Notes: generated by a model not told the origin, from the sequence alone. A stretch of DNA of 64,000 nucleotides from the human T2T-CHM13v2.0 reference genome, Homo sapiens (GCF_009914755.1 NC_060934.1), one strand, 5' to 3'; shown: positions 1-14,509, numbered from the stretch's first letter. A program made the numbers and translations.

Positions 1-123
1 ATAGTAGGGTTCATGCTCCTGTGAGAATCCAATACCACAGCTGACCTGACAGGAGACAGAGTTCAGGCAGTAATGCTCGCTCCCTAGCCACTCACCTCCT
101 GCTGTGCGGCCCTGTTCCTAAAC
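1..123 (+). mobile_element. MER1-type hAT-Charlie DNA transposon fragment
   Basis: GCTCCTGTGAGAATCCAAT...CTGACAGGAG...CTCACCTCCTGCTGTGCGGCCC matches the recalled MER1A/B 3' part. Confidence 0.75.
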
Positions 124-1899
124 ATTTAATATATTTCAACATGTTGACCATACACTGAGCCAAATACAATGTCTAGACTACTTTCAAAGAGCTGATTATC
201 ATTGAAACCACATTCTCTTTAAATATTTGCAATTAAATTAGAGATTTTAAATAAAATGATGGTGATGAAAACAAAGAATAAAAAACTTCAGTTTTTTATA
301 TTCTATATGACTTCCATGCCCATACTCACATTAATAAATTTGTATGCCTTTGAAAAGAAAAAGGAAGAAACCTCATACATTTGGAAACAAAACCGTGAGT
401 TCTTTATGAATCATTTTGTTTCTTAAAGAGGAAATAAGGATGGTCTCTGGAAAATATTTAGATTTGAAAAGCTTTTCTCCTGCCCCTTTTATCCTCCAAT
501 CAAAACCTACTACCTGTATTTTGACCTAAGGCTTACAGAATGAGTAGGAGTTGGACAAGACAAGGTGTGGGGTAAGCCATCCCAAGCAGAGGAAAAGCAT
601 GTTGAAGCCTGCGTCTCTTGATGCAGAGGCTTCTAGCCTGAAGACTGACAGTCCAGTCAAGGCAGTAACAGAAAGAAGAAACTCAGGAAGGGGCTGGCAG
701 AGTCGGCTTCACCCTGCTCTGTTTCTGAAGATGTTATTCCGGCAGATGGAAATGGGACAGTTGGTGGTTAGAAGAACTCGAGTTGCAGGCACTGGAGTCT
801 CTGAGGACAGAAAAGAAGGACGTCCCAGTTGTGAGTCAATGGCAAATCAAACTCAACAATATTATCTTAGTTGAGTTTGATCAAAGATGCACTCAATAGT
901 CAGCCTGCAGTGAAGTCCACTAATATAACTCCCAAAGCACTGTTTGTTCTTCCTTTTCGACGTTTTTTAGTGGCTTCCTAGGAACAAATTCTGATTCTTT
1001 CTTGAAGGATTGTGGTCAACCATTCTCTTCTTGAAACTTCTCTCAGCTTTCATAACTATGCATAAAAGTTGGCATAATTGGGAGGCTACAAAAGAATCAA
1101 ATGACTAGGCAGGCGAGAGTCAAGTAACCCAGGGCTGCTCTCCTATAAAGAGGAAAACATCTTTACAGAGCCTAGTCCTCTAATTACATTTAGTGTGGCA
1201 TTCTTTCCACCTAAATTATAGCAATTATATACAGAGATCCCCTTTGAAATCATTTAATTAATGAGTAGCTAACCCTCTCTGTGTATAGAATTCTAATGAG
1301 GTCTTTTATTTTTGTGAACCGCCTCCCTCCCTCAAATTAATTACTCCCCTTCCTGAAAGGCTTACTCAGGCCTGAATGGTGGATTAAAGGAGGTGGGTTA
1401 TTTAGGGTCCCAGCAAATCATATTTGTTTGTGGAAATCCTAGCACAGTCCAGGGTGACAAGGGACAGAGCATTTGCTGCAATTACTTGCCTGAGATTGTT
1501 TCTGTCCTTCTATATTCCAAATGATACACAACTCAGCCACATTCTTTGACCCAGAAATAAGGGCAGATGAAGCTATTACCTCAATTTTGGAAGAAGTGAA
1601 TGATTTTGTTAGATTAATTCTATCATTAATCAACCCAGAAGTATTTATTAAGCATCTGTTATATGAAAGAAGTACCAGTGCAGACAAAGATGAATGACTG
1701 TAATAGATAAATCCTTTGTGTATAGGGTTACCAGGAGATGGATAGCTTTGATGTAGACATTGAGGTGTACTTTGAGGTAGACATGGGGATTGAAAGAAAA
1801 TAAACTCTTAGAAATGGTCTCGAAAGGGCCACATTCCCTGTAGGCTATTTCTGCAACTCATTCTTTGAACACATGTCACTGATTTCAAACAATCTTTTA

Positions 1900-2030
1900 T
1901 TAAAAAGATAAGTCCTTGAGAGATGAAGTGATTTGCTCAAGGTCACCTACTTAATTTTATGGCAGACCATGTCTAGGAAAAGCCAAGTCTTCTATTTCCC
2001 TGCCCAGTACTCTTGCGACCATGCCCAGAC
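1900..2030 (-). mobile_element. MIR fragment
   Basis: GAGATGAAGTGATTTGCTCAAGGTCAC MIR core. Boundaries approximate. Confidence 0.55.
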
Positions 2031-3033
2031 CACCCATATGTTAACAACAATTCAAGAGCACAGGAAGACCACCTGTAACCAGAGTCATGTTAGCAGTGTA
2101 GGCATTTAGAATCAGAGGAGTTTTAGAAAAAGACAGAGATGGCCTCTTAAGTTTGTAGAGTCCAAGAAGAAGGTGAATCTTGAGTGGTTGTCAAATACTC
2201 TCATGAAAAATCCAAGTGGCAAGGTAAAAGGAAAGAGAAAAATGGGAGTTATAAATTTTAATTGATTTTTTTTCCTGAAAATCTATATAGTGAGAAATAG
2301 CATAGAGAATTCATTTATTTTGTTCCTGTGGTTGGGAGCAACTTCCTCAGGAAACCAAAGGGTAGGCTACCTGTTTCCAGGTGGTCATCTATATTTATAT
2401 ATGAGGTGTTCACTTTCTCCAAGGCTCACTAGGAAGATATCAAATAAAAAAAGAAAGTCCCAGCATATGAAGTTAGTACGTACCTTGATAAAAGGATTTT
2501 GAGCCAAGCCTATTGAAAGTCCTTGATGAGAAAGTCCTTGGGTGAGTCTATGAGGATTCCAACAGTAAAAATGATGATGATGGTAATAAACATTTGTTGT
2601 CTATTGTGATTTTCAAAATTTTCACCCACATTATCTCACATGTTGGGGGTTTGATTATGTTGGTGAAAATATGATTTGAGTTCAAAAGGGGGCTAGCAAT
2701 GGGTTTCTGAAAAAGGCTGTCAAAATAGTTTATCTTGGTAATTGCAAGGAAGTGGGATTTAATAACAGTGAGTTTGGCCATACTAAGAATTCGTTTCTCT
2801 TTGCCAAAGACCTGAGAATAAAATTTCACGCTCTAGAATTGCCTTGTTTTTTTTCTGTTGGCATTCAATGATCAATTAGCCATTCTTTTTCAAGCAACTA
2901 TTGTTGATAGGTTCCGTAGGATACAGAGAAGTACTAAAAGTATCCCCAGGCTTAAGAAGCTTTTTAATTAGTTGACAAAAATTTCACCAAAGATACAGGA
3001 AATTTCTGAAATTCTAGATTGATGGTCTGGGTA

Positions 3034-3206
3034 AGTTGTTCTCAAAATACGGTCCTGGGGCCAGCAACATCAGCATCACCTGGAACTTATAAGAAATTCA
3101 AATACTTAGGTACCTCAAATGTACTAATAAGAAACTCTGGGAGTGAGACATTCTATGTTTAACAACCCTGTAGGTGATTCTGATGTAGACATTGGAGAAC
3201 CTCTGG
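3034..3206. mobile_element. MER5A-type hAT-Charlie MITE
   Basis: GTTCTCAAA...CCAGCAACATCAGCATCACCTGG...GGTGATTCTGATG...GAGAACCTCTG, with terminal inverted repeats. Confidence 0.7.
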
Positions 3207-4553
3207 TCTAGAGATAACAGGACCATTTGAGCTTCTGAAGAAAGAGCTCAGTGTTGCCAGAGGAATCACAGAGGACTTTTTGAAATAAGTATTGCCCGAT
3301 TTGAGAATTATAGTATCCTTTTAATGATGCTCCATGCCTTTGGTTCTTCCATCCTAGCTATCTCTTGGGCTTTAATATTCTATTGATACATGAACCACTT
3401 TGTTCCCCCTGTAAAAGTACTACACATATGAGAAGTGTGCTGTACCTATTTTGCTGGTAACAGGCTCTCCTTAACTTAAGAGGAGTATTTCTGGCAGATG
3501 AGAAACTTTTACTGGAACTTGATTATTTTCAAAATTATTATTATCAATTAGAAGCGGTCTGGGCTTTCTCTTTTCCTAATTCAGAATCAAGAGGACCTTC
3601 TCAGTGTTCATCACTCCAAAGTGATGGACATGGTTTATGATGATGCCCACTTCAATTTCTCTGTTGGTGTCTTACTTCCACAGATCTTGTTGTAAATTTT
3701 AACATCTGCTCCTTGGGTATTCATGAAAAGAGAAGAAAAATATTTGAATTTGAATTAGTTCTTAATTTCATTCCCTGCTTATTTTGCTATGTTTCTGTCA
3801 TTTCTTCAGCTTCCATAAGCTTTAATCAGAAGAGCAATGAATTAATGTGATATTGAACAGAATTAGGGAAGCTGGGTCTATACAAAAGTGACCATGTGTC
3901 TGAGTCATGTATGCCCCATAGGAAAGGGACCACAGTGAACTTTGCTCTTCCCTAAGCTGACAATGGGTGGATCGATGTGGAATACATTAACGTCTGAAAG
4001 TTGCTAGGGGATTTTACCCCACTGATCTTATTTGGGGCCCATTGAGAAAATGAGCAAAGCTCATAATCCTACCAGTGTTTAAGTGATTAAAATTTTGCAT
4101 CTGATACACGAAAGTGACCTCCCGGGAGAGGAAACTAGCACACTCCTGAGTGAACATATTAGTGTATCAGTTTACAGTATGGGGAAAGACCTGGGAAACA
4201 CAATATAAGAAAATCTGGGAAAGAAGCCAAAGAAATGCACATGAAAGGAATGTACCTGTGAGGATTGCAAAACAGAACAATCGAACAAGTCTGTAAGTCC
4301 TGACTGAGCACCTATTCTTGTGTTCTGTCCTGAAATGAGCACTCTGAGATCAGTAATGGATATCTCAAAGAGTTGGAAAGACCAACAACATGGACATTCT
4401 TTGAGGCTCGGAGTCAATTAGGCTGTACACATGGATGATGCTTGCATGCTGCTCCATAGATCAAGCCTGAGCTTGAATTTCTATGCTTACTAACTTTTGA
4501 GCATCTCTTGTTCCTGTTGTTAGAACCTTTGTCTGTTAGAAAGTTCCCTCACA

Positions 4554-4851
<298 letters not shown>

Positions 4852-5040
4852 AGAAAGTTCTCTCACATTTTATAAACTTCCACACTTTTATTTTTTCATG
4901 CAAGAGAGCTCCCTAGAATATCAACCTGCTGCTCTTCCCTCACTGCACTTAGGAATCCTAAGTCATGTCCAGGTTAACTAGCCTGAGTTCTTACACTGCA
5001 GTTTGGGTAGATGAAAGTGGTCTTGGATCATATTGCCACC

Positions 5041-5485
5041 TGTATTAGTTTCCTGTGGCTGTTGTAACAAATTTAGTGGCTTAAAAGAACAGACATTTAT
5101 TCTCTTGTAGTTCTGGAGTTTAGAGTCCACAATCAAAAGGTCAGCAGGCCTCTACTCCCCTGGGGCTCTAGGGGAGAATTCATTCTTTGCTTCTTCCATC
5201 TTCCTGAAGTTCCAGGTGTTCTTTGGCTTGGGCTGCATAACTCCAATTTTGGCTTCTGTCTTCACATGGCCTTCTCCTCACTGCATGCTACTCATCTTTG
5301 TGTCTTTTATAATGATACTTGTCATTGGATTTAGAGCCCACCCTGATAATCCAAGATGATCTCAACTCAAGACCCTTGATTTATAAGTGCAAAGATACTT
5401 TTCCCACATAAGGTCACATTCATAGCTCCAGGGAATAGGAAGTGGTCATATCTTATTGCAGGTTACCATTCAATGCAGTGTACCG
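5041..5485 (-). mobile_element. MLT1-type (ERVL-MaLR) solo LTR
   Basis: Begins TGTATTAGTTTCCT (reverse complement of the MLT1 3' end) and has typical internal motifs. Right boundary approximate. Confidence 0.8.
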
Positions 5486-5749
5486 TCTTAGTCACTCTCT
5501 TCTTCAGTGGTCCTTAAACTTTAGGAACTATGAACCCCTTTGAATAATCTGATAAAATATATGTGATTTTTATTTATAGATGAGTACTTATGTGCCATTA
5601 AGCACCTTTTTGTTTGTTTAAAATTTAAGCAGATTCATACTTCACCACCACTACCAAAGCCCAAACATGTGCTGTAGATTCAAACACTCAGTCTATATCC
5701 TTCTTGAATGGTAACAGTCAAAAGCAACCACAATTTTCCTGGTGATCTG

Positions 5750-6440
5750 GTTAATGTAGAAAAAAACAGGTTATTGCCTCTTTGGTTCTAGACAATACAT
5801 ATAATTCTGTTAATGCATTTCAAGATCACGTTAAATATTTTATGTCTCCCTGAAGTGTTCACATTGTGTGTGGAAACTCTTAAGCTGCTATTATTATTAC
5901 TATTAAACCTGAAAAGTACCAAGCCCCATTTCTTTTATCTGGTACTTATGTAATTACCATGGAGAGGATCTAGCTAACATTTCTCTAGGTGACATCACAC
6001 CTTATTAAATTAAGCCTGTCTCTTTAGTCTGTCACGACCTTATTGAGTCTTGCTTCTGCCATCGAGCATATTGAGGGCTTCCTCCAGCTTTATGTCATCA
6101 AAAAATTCAATTTCCAATGATGACCATTATTTTCATGTCTTCAAGTCGTTAATAAAAATGATGAACAAGAAAGAGCAGACAACAGAACCTTGCAGCGGAC
6201 TACTCACACCTCCCTCTTGGTTGATTTTAATGTCTTCATTAGGTACTGTTCAGCCACATAATTTTACCAAGCACCTGGCTCATATTTTCTCAATCTTTTT
6301 GTCAAGATTCCTATGACAGACCCTGTTCAAATGCCATGCTGGTATCCAGGTAAATCATGTGCTTCACATTTTCCTCTTCTGTCTGCCTAGTAACCTTTTA
6401 ATAGAAAGGAATGTGATTAATCTGACATGACGTTTTTTGT
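5750..6440 (-). mobile_element. CR1/L3 LINE reverse-transcriptase fossil
   Basis: CCTCCAGCTTTATGTCATC near 6081 is the reverse complement of the degenerate FADDTKL region, with flanking CR1-like ORF2 sequence. Boundaries approximate. Confidence 0.55.
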
Positions 6441-8230
6441 GATCCAGGAAGTAAATTTGAACTATGTGGAGTCAACAGAAATATATGGTTTAGCATCATT
6501 AACATCCTGCACTAGTAAGTCTTCCAATCAGGGAAGACTTACTGCTGGAAGTGGTATCTGAATGCGAGAGTTTTGAAGGCTGGATAGAGAAAAAAAAGAT
6601 ATCCATCAAGGTCTCCTCCCACTGTTTTTGTTTGTTTGTTTCGTTTTCCCTTGATGAGGCTTATCAGTTTAACTGTCCTCTCTTCAAACAAGCAAAAATG
6701 TTTGATAAGAGAGAGCTGTTTTGTTAAAGATTTAAAATGGACTGACCGCTATGTAAAATGAATTTAGAGCTAAGAAATGGAAATACCTTAGTGGATGACC
6801 TGGCATTGATGAATTGGATTTGGAAACCACTGGATTTACCAAGACTACAAGAGAACAGAGAGAACCCAGGGAGAGGGAGTTAGGTTTGCTTTGCTCCACA
6901 GTGTCAGCTGCATATGTTGGGTATTCTAGGCTCAGAGTTTCTCCTACCCCATGCTGAGCTTAGATCCACACAAAACCCATGTAGTTTTACTAAAGGAGAG
7001 ATCCTGTCTCTCTTTCAAAGTCTGCTTAATTTTCTTTTAGATAAGCCTCTTAAAGGTTTTATTTAACTTTTATCTGAAGCACATTCAAAATTGATCCTGA
7101 GATGTATTGTAAATTGGATGATCCACAAAAGCAACTCTATATTCTTCCTCATTTCACAAGTTTTGTCAGTCTCTACCTTTCCCATAAGCATCCTCATCTT
7201 TTAGAGAGCATAAGAAAATGACCCAGGAAGAGAGTTAATCTTGTAGGTGTCACCATAACAGTATCTGAACTTGGGCAGAGGAGAATCCAGGGCTGGTAGT
7301 GTGATTAAGTCTTGCTGAAATGGAAGCCATCCAATTCCTTGAAAGACCTCAGTTGTTTTAAGTTCGCAGCATGATCGGTCTCCCCTTTACATCACTATGA
7401 TAGATGTCTTGCATTGTAATTGCAAGACACGCCACCCGAGTAGAGTATGGATGATCAGTCTTTTTTTTTTTTCCATTTTTCTAGAAACAATTGATCATTC
7501 ATATTTATAGGGCAATCAACTGCTGGGCTTTGAAAAGGTCAGTATTGATTATCTAAGTCACAGATGGTGTGCTTCTTTACTATACATAAATATGAGTTCC
7601 TTTTATGAGTCTGCTGTGATTCTTTTTTCTTTTTAAGGAAGGAGGAGGGAGGGTAGGTAGGTATTCATGTGCGTTAAACAATGGAATTTCAACTAACACT
7701 TAAATTCAACTAGGACTTTGCAGTTGGCAAAGTTGTACTTTAAATTAGCAAATTCATTCCTTCTACCCCAACACATATACTTACAATCCACTTTACAGAT
7801 GAGGAAACTGAGTCCCTGTCCATGGACATGGGTAGGCAAAATGCCAGTGCTTGCATTAAGGAGAAATGGGAAGGCTGTGTATCTAAATCTGAACAGGGGT
7901 TTTATATGGGTGTTGAGTTTGGGACTACCGGTCCCAATTTTTTTTCTTTACTGGGCTTTTTATATTTTAAATGCTTCCTGTAATAGGCATATATTACTTT
8001 TGCAATTTAAAAAATGGTTGATTTAAAACCCACTGTGAATGACATGCCAGTTGATTGAATTGTATGGATAGTGGACTTTCTCCTTAATGGCCCTCAAGGA
8101 ACTCACTTTGGAAGAATAACTAAAGTCCAGGCTGCAGTGAATCTCTATCTCCTTCCTAGTTTCTGTGCATTAGTGACTGACTATGGGACTTTCTCCCCTT
8201 GTGTCTCCCACTCCTCCCCTAAACACTTAG

Positions 8231-8348
8231 AGTTTTTGGCCACTTCAGCCTCCGCTCCGAATGGCAATTGGTGAAAGTGGACTACAAATCTATCTTCAGC
8301 CGGCATTGCACCAAGGAGGACTATCAGACCTGGCACCTGCTCAATCAG
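8231..8348 (+). CDS. SORCS3: SORCS3 coding exon (~exon 15, 118 nt), end of VPS10 propeller and start of 10CC region
   Basis: ttag|A GTT TTT GGC ... AAT CAG|gtacac. Translates VFGHFSLRSEWQLVKVDYKSIFSRHCTKEDYQTWHLLNQ, recognisable SorCS3 sequence. Not in the ORF track. Confidence 0.96.
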
Positions 8349-9351
8349 GTACACACCCCAGGGAGTTGGAGTGCTGGCTTTGAGGAGGAGGAGCTAGTGC
8401 AAGTCCGACTGGGTCTTATCTGAGCCTTCCTATTTAGGGGAGGAAGGTAGTGGGTCATCTGAGGATGTGGGTGTGGATTTGGAGAAAAGGGTGAAACACA
8501 CTCAGGTCCAGTAGGGCCAGATGATATTTAGGAACTATCTCGCACCCTGGGATCCTATCTACTAATTGAGGTCACTGAGCTGCCTGGGGGAAAGGTGTTG
8601 ATGATAACCTGGGGTTTTAGCTCTATCCATGGAGAAATGAGCTTTTTACAGCTAGAAGGCCTCCAAGAGTTGCTCATTTTATCTGCCAATGTGGAGGGCG
8701 AGAGCATTTCTCAGACTAGCCTGAAATAAGGGACCCAGAGCACTGGGAACAGGTCCACTGAGAAATGGTGTCAGGGTGGGTAGGTCTAGCAATGGTAGAT
8801 ATTTACTGCTGTGAGAAATAGGCAGACTTCTGCTCCAGAACCACTGGGTCCTTGTAATTTGTATCAACTTCTCCTTTCTTTGTTCTTGACTGGGAATTAA
8901 GATTTGGGCATGGTCGTTTATCATAGAGAAGGAACATTTTGGGTCAACTTCAATTTCCCTCTGAAGACCATGTGAAAAATGTGCCATAAATGGGCTCCTT
9001 TCCACTAGAATTGCTACTGAAGCCATTTGGGCAAATGTACCTGGTGGTCTGCAAAGATGCCTGGAGTCCTTACATTCTCTATGGAGGTGGAGCAGAAACG
9101 GGATGATGTAGACATCACTGGCTTGGGTGGGTGGAGGGTAGAAGTGGGCCCACCTTCCATAATGTTCCTTTTATGTGGTAGTGAAAGATTAGCACTTTTA
9201 TTCTTGAAACTCCTGGATCATTACTGAGAATGAGACTGCTACATAAAGTACCTAAATGAGAATGAACAGGCTAATGCTTCTTGTTGACAACTGGTTTATT
9301 TCACCACCTTTTTGTTTTTCTGTCTCTCACACTATGGAATTTCTCTCTAAG

Positions 9352-9485
9352 GGAGAGCCTTGTGTCATGGGAGAAAGGAAAATATTCAAGAAACGTAAGC
9401 CAGGAGCTCAGTGTGCCCTGGGCCGAGACCACTCAGGATCAGTGGTCTCAGAACCCTGTGTCTGTGCCAATTGGGACTTCGAGTG
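9352..9485 (+). CDS. SORCS3: SORCS3 coding exon (~exon 16, 134 nt), 10CC region
   Basis: taag|GGA GAG CCT ... GAG TG|gtgagt. GEPCVMGERKIFKKRKPGAQCALGRDHSGSVVSEPCVCANWDFE; phase 0 in, phase 2 out. Confidence 0.97.
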
Positions 9486-9949
9486 GTGAGTTGTTTGGCA
9501 TTTCATTACCAATTCCAACCAGGTCTTCACCTGTCTGTGGGGTGGGGTGGGGTGAAGATGAAGTTAGGAGAGGAAGCATGACGCAGAGATAGGAGGTGTA
9601 TCTGCTGGCCTGTGGGCCCATCCATCCCAGTTACTGGGCCAGATGGGAAGTCTGCATTCCTGGAAGGAGGACAGGCTGAGGCATTTTCACAGAGAGAGTC
9701 ACTGATCTATCAGAGCAGCATCTCTCAGGGGGCTTCTTCTCATCTACACTGAGCAGCTGTATTGGAAACTACTGGAGAAGTTGTGCTGGGCATTGACAGA
9801 GGTTAGAGAGCTACTGCCTTGCTGTTGCCTCCAGCCACATGCACTCTCACTGTGCTCTTCTACGTGACCTCTCTCTTGTTTCCTTTTTCTCCCCCTAATA
9901 ACAGCAATGGAGAACAACCTTAAATCTCACTTAATGAAATTCAAATCTC

Positions 9950-10950
9950 ACCTATAGACAATTACTCCCAAATTTCCAAATATTTACCTCTGGCCCTGGC
10001 CTCCCCCTTCTCTTGGTTGGACACATATGTGTCTGGCTGTCTACTCAGCATTCATCTCCTCTTGATTCACTATCAGGGTTATCAAACTTAAGGCAGCCAA
10101 AGCAAAGCTTTTCTTGAATCCCCTTCATTGGAAGGAGTCCCTTGCCCAGTTTTTCTAATTTCAATAAAACACACAGCTATCCACTCAGTTGCCAGAAGGG
10201 TTTGGTTTCTCCTTTTCTTTCACTGTCAGATCCAGGCCATCTGCAAGTCCTTGCAGTTTCTACCCTCAAAACACATTCTAAGTCAAATCACTTCTTTCCA
10301 TCTCTCAGCTGTTTGTATCACTCCAGGAATCGAACTCTCTCCACATCCACCCTTGTCACTTAAAATTCATTCTCCTCACAGCAACCGAGATGGTATTTTA
10401 AAAACTCAAACCATATCTTATCACTACTACACTTAGAATACTCCAATATCTTCCCCCTCACTTAAAATCTAATCTTCTTTCCTTAGTTTCCTCCATTGTA
10501 GGTGATTTAGCCCTGCAATTACCTTTATGTCAAAATTCCTTACTGTTCTTACCTCATTCACTGTATTGCAACCGCATTACCACCTCCTGCACCTTTATTA
10601 ATCCTGGCTCATTCCTAGCAGAGGGAGCAGAAAATGCAAGAATTTCTTCCAAATCTTAGTATGGCCGGCACCTTTGAGTCACTCATGTCTCAGCAAAAAT
10701 ATCAGCTTCTCAGAAATGCCTTCTGAGACCACCTAATCTCACCTATACCCTGGCACAGTCTAGTATATCCCTGTTTTATTATCTCCTTAGTATTAATTGC
10801 CGTACAAAATGAACATGTTTTTGATTGTTCCACTATCACCTATCTCTCCAGTAGAATGTAAGTGCTGGGAATGCAGGAGTTTTAGACTTTCCTTGTTTCT
10901 GCATCCACAGCGCCTGGCCCGCTGTAAACATTCAATAAAGAGTTGTAGCA
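9950..10950 (+). mobile_element. L2 LINE 3' portion
   Basis: C/T-rich L2 body ending GTAGAATGTAAG...CAGCGCCTGGC...CATTCAATAAA. Boundaries approximate. Confidence 0.7.
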
Positions 10951-11849
10951 TGTTTCTGAACATTGTTCCTTTTAGGAGGGTCAAAAATCTCCCCAATTCT
11001 GGGAATGGGTACATAGCACTCCGATCCCAGCTGGATGAATTCTTCCCCTGCATCACAATAAAAAGCTAAAGTTCAATTTGATTATTTTGGTAGCCCATCT
11101 CAGCTTTGTCTTTGTTAAAAGACAAAACTAAGGGCTTGGGCATTGGCCTCTAAACTTGGGAGGGGCAGGGCAATGATGGAGCTGCATTTGGGCTTCTCTG
11201 GCATCAGATAGTCAAAGTAAGTCCAAGTGGGCACAGAGCAGCTGCCCCTGAATGGCAGCCTCACTTCTTCCAGCCTCATTTCATCCAGCTGGTTTTTTAG
11301 CTTGATTTGTACTAGAAACTATCCTTTGTTTCCCACTTTCTGCTAGGAATATAACTGGAAGCCAGAGGAGTGACTCTGCTCTCCACCTGTTCTTTATCCT
11401 TAAACTCATACCTAGGAAAGCATGGCTTCAGTGAAATTCATGAAAATGAGATATACTAAGTGTAATTTAAGTTTGACTAGCAGAGTCCTTTCTGTGACCA
11501 TTTTGAGCCCTTGGCAGCAAAGTATATTTTCACATTGTGAAAAATATTTTCAATTATTAATCACAATTAAGCAAAAATAGTCACAGCAATGAGTGCAGTA
11601 GGCCACTCAAAATTATGGCTTGTGACATATTGATGTCAACCTGAATATTCAGAATATTAATTTTAGGCTTCCTTGTGTCCTTCTGCAGACTAACTCCATT
11701 GAGGCACACTGTCTTTGAATTTGTCATGATACATATTCTCCTGTGTCTCTGTGTGCCATAATAGACCCTCACCCATTGTTGGGTAGCATCACAAGTGAGA
11801 AGAAATAAGAACTGTAAAATATTTTCTCATCAGTAATTCCATTAACATT

Positions 11850-12080
11850 TACTGGTCTGGGCAAAAATTCTAGCACTGATAGTCACAGTTTTTGACCTTG
11901 GCAAGTTTTCTTAATCTTTGTGACTTCATCTCTATAGCTGCAAAATAAAAATACATGACATCTACCGCATTGGGTCCTAAGGAAGAATAAATGAATTCAT
12001 ATATTAATATACATCATTAATATAGATAAGGCATTTATCCTACTGATGTATAACATAGAAATACAACATAGGCTAGCTAT
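11850..12080 (+). mobile_element. MIR
   Basis: TGACCTTGGCAAGTTTTCTTAATCTTTGTGACTTCATCTCTATAGCTGCAAAAT core. Boundaries approximate. Confidence 0.55.
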
Positions 12081-14509
12081 TGCTGCTGCTGTTGATGCTG
12101 TTGTTATTCTTACACCCTAGGGTTAAGTGGTCCCTATGGTATTTTTGGAAGTAAACCAAAGCTTATACATCCAAATAAGCACTGTTTTCAGAGTAGGATC
12201 TTGGGGTCTGATCCATTTACTTCAGTACTGGTGGCATTGCTCAAAGTATTTCTGAACCCTTCTTTAGGGAGTGCTGTCAGAATCCATCTATAAGTAAAGC
12301 ACGGTGGGAGAGGCGAGGGGGAGCCTTTACACGGCCTTCTGTGGTTCTCATACTTGCACTGGTAGAGGTACCATGTGGATCCAAGACGCTGTAATGTCAG
12401 GATCTTTATTATTGCCTTTTAATGAGAAGAAACATCTTGGATATAGGTTACTTGATCAAGGTTACATCCCTGGGAGAGAATGAGCTGGGGTTCAAGTGCA
12501 GATTTAGTTAAATTCCACATTCTCTCCTCTACACCCTGCCATTTCTCAAGAAATCAAACAAGTCTTTATTATTTTAGATTCATTTTGCTTCAGAAAAAAA
12601 TAAAGTTTCCAAGTTTACTTACTCTAAAATTAAAACTCATCCCCAAGGACTTGGGTTTACTGCTGTTGATGAAATATAAGGTAGAATGTTTCCTCAACAC
12701 TAAAACAATTTCCAATGAAGTAGTTTTGACCATTGGTACTAGAATCATAATAGGTGTATGGTCTCCAAAAATATTTTATAGAATTTTTTTTGATATATAA
12801 TGTGGTGTATGTTTGCATTTTTATAGCCAATCACACCTCATATTAAAAAGAATATAGAGAACCACTTGAGTAAAGTAGAGAAGTAGACAAGGCCAGATGC
12901 TCAGTTTGTGGTCATAATCTCAGAACACAAACAAAAAAAAAACTCACACGACCTATAAAGTTTTTTTTTACTACTACTGAGTAGGGGAGAAGTTGTTTTT
13001 GATTACTGAAATTTCTGAATTATTTACAGTGATTTTTGGGGGGACAATGAGACTGAATATTTGAAATTGTCTTCTTGTTTTTAAGTTAACTTCAATAAGC
13101 ATAGTGATTTGTTAAAAGATACAGTTTTTCCAACAAATACAGTTTGTCTGTTTGCTGGTCTTTAATGCTAATGCTAGAAATCAGCATATGGCGTATAGCC
13201 TTGTCCCCTTCTCAATGGTCCTCTCTAGCAGGAAGTATTATTAGCTAAGGCATCTGAAATACCCAGTACAGTTAGTACCAGTGATTATCATGCACAGTCC
13301 ATTTAGATGTTTCCCTAGGCCAAATCAGGGCAAGTTCATTTGATTGATCTAGGAAAAGTTCAAGCCTCAGAGACAGCAGAGAGAGGGTATCACCTAGTTC
13401 AGTCAGTTTGGGAGGGAAGAGTAAAGACTGGGAAGGATGAATTAAAGTCTTCACTTTGGTGGAAGAATTGAGGAATGCAACCTGGATTCACAGAGGGAAG
13501 ATATTTTCTGTCTCTGTCCCTCTTTTGCAAGAAAAGAGGAGGTTTTCTAGATTCTCAGAACATTTATTTGTAGCAAAACATTCACTTCCACAACTTTCTC
13601 CAGAGCGAGTATCAGTAATAAGTATGAATTCTGCATAAAGATTGATGTTTCAGCATAAGAGCCTCATAAATCCACCAGCCTCAAGCGAACCCTAGAGAGC
13701 CACTTTGCAGCAACCTCCATCATGGCGCTGGAGAAGGACCAGGAACAAATCCTTATTGAGAGTAAAGGTTGTTAGAGACCAGCAGGCAGTCAGAAAAGGT
13801 GCAAGAGGGGGCTCCTCTAAAGTCACACGAGGGCTCTTGAGAGGGAGTAGCCCTCCAGGAGACCTGAATTCACTTGTTCAGTGAGAAACGAGGTTGAACC
13901 AGAGATTATTATGCCCAGGAGTTCTTTTCTTTCACTCATTCATCTAACTTCTCACTCGACAAAAACTTTACTGAGCCCCTACTATGTAAGCAGATGTTTT
14001 ACCACATCTGTGAGATGAATTATCTTAATCTTCTCAATGGACTCCCAGAAGGAGAGTCTGCTATTACAGACATTTTACAGATAAAGGAATGGAACACAGA
14101 GATGTTAAGTAATTCACTCAGGATAATATTATTCTGACTTCAGAGTCCTGAGTCTTAGTATGTATTACTGGCTACCTCCATGTCCCATATGGCACTACAT
14201 CCACAAAGCAAGTTTATTGAGTGGTGATGTAGAAGACAGGGGAGGAGATTTGGGGGTGTCACAGCACATACATTCAGATGTATCCGAAGTACATTAATCT
14301 AGTGGTTCCCCAGAGTAAGCTTGAGTACTCTGCCTATGGAGCACAAGCAAGGATGTGTTTCCGCAGTGGACAAGTCAGAGGATAAACAAGACAATAAACA
14401 ACATTGTTATTTACAAAATATACAAACTTTATAAAATATACAAAAGAGTTATTGCACTAAAAGAAGGCATAGCAGAAAATAATGAGTATAATTAAATGCT
14501 GAATTTTAT

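Noticed and set aside
551-874. 107-aa ORF near the window start
   Set aside because: Non-ATG start, no recognisable homology or supporting exon structure; consistent with a chance intronic ORF.
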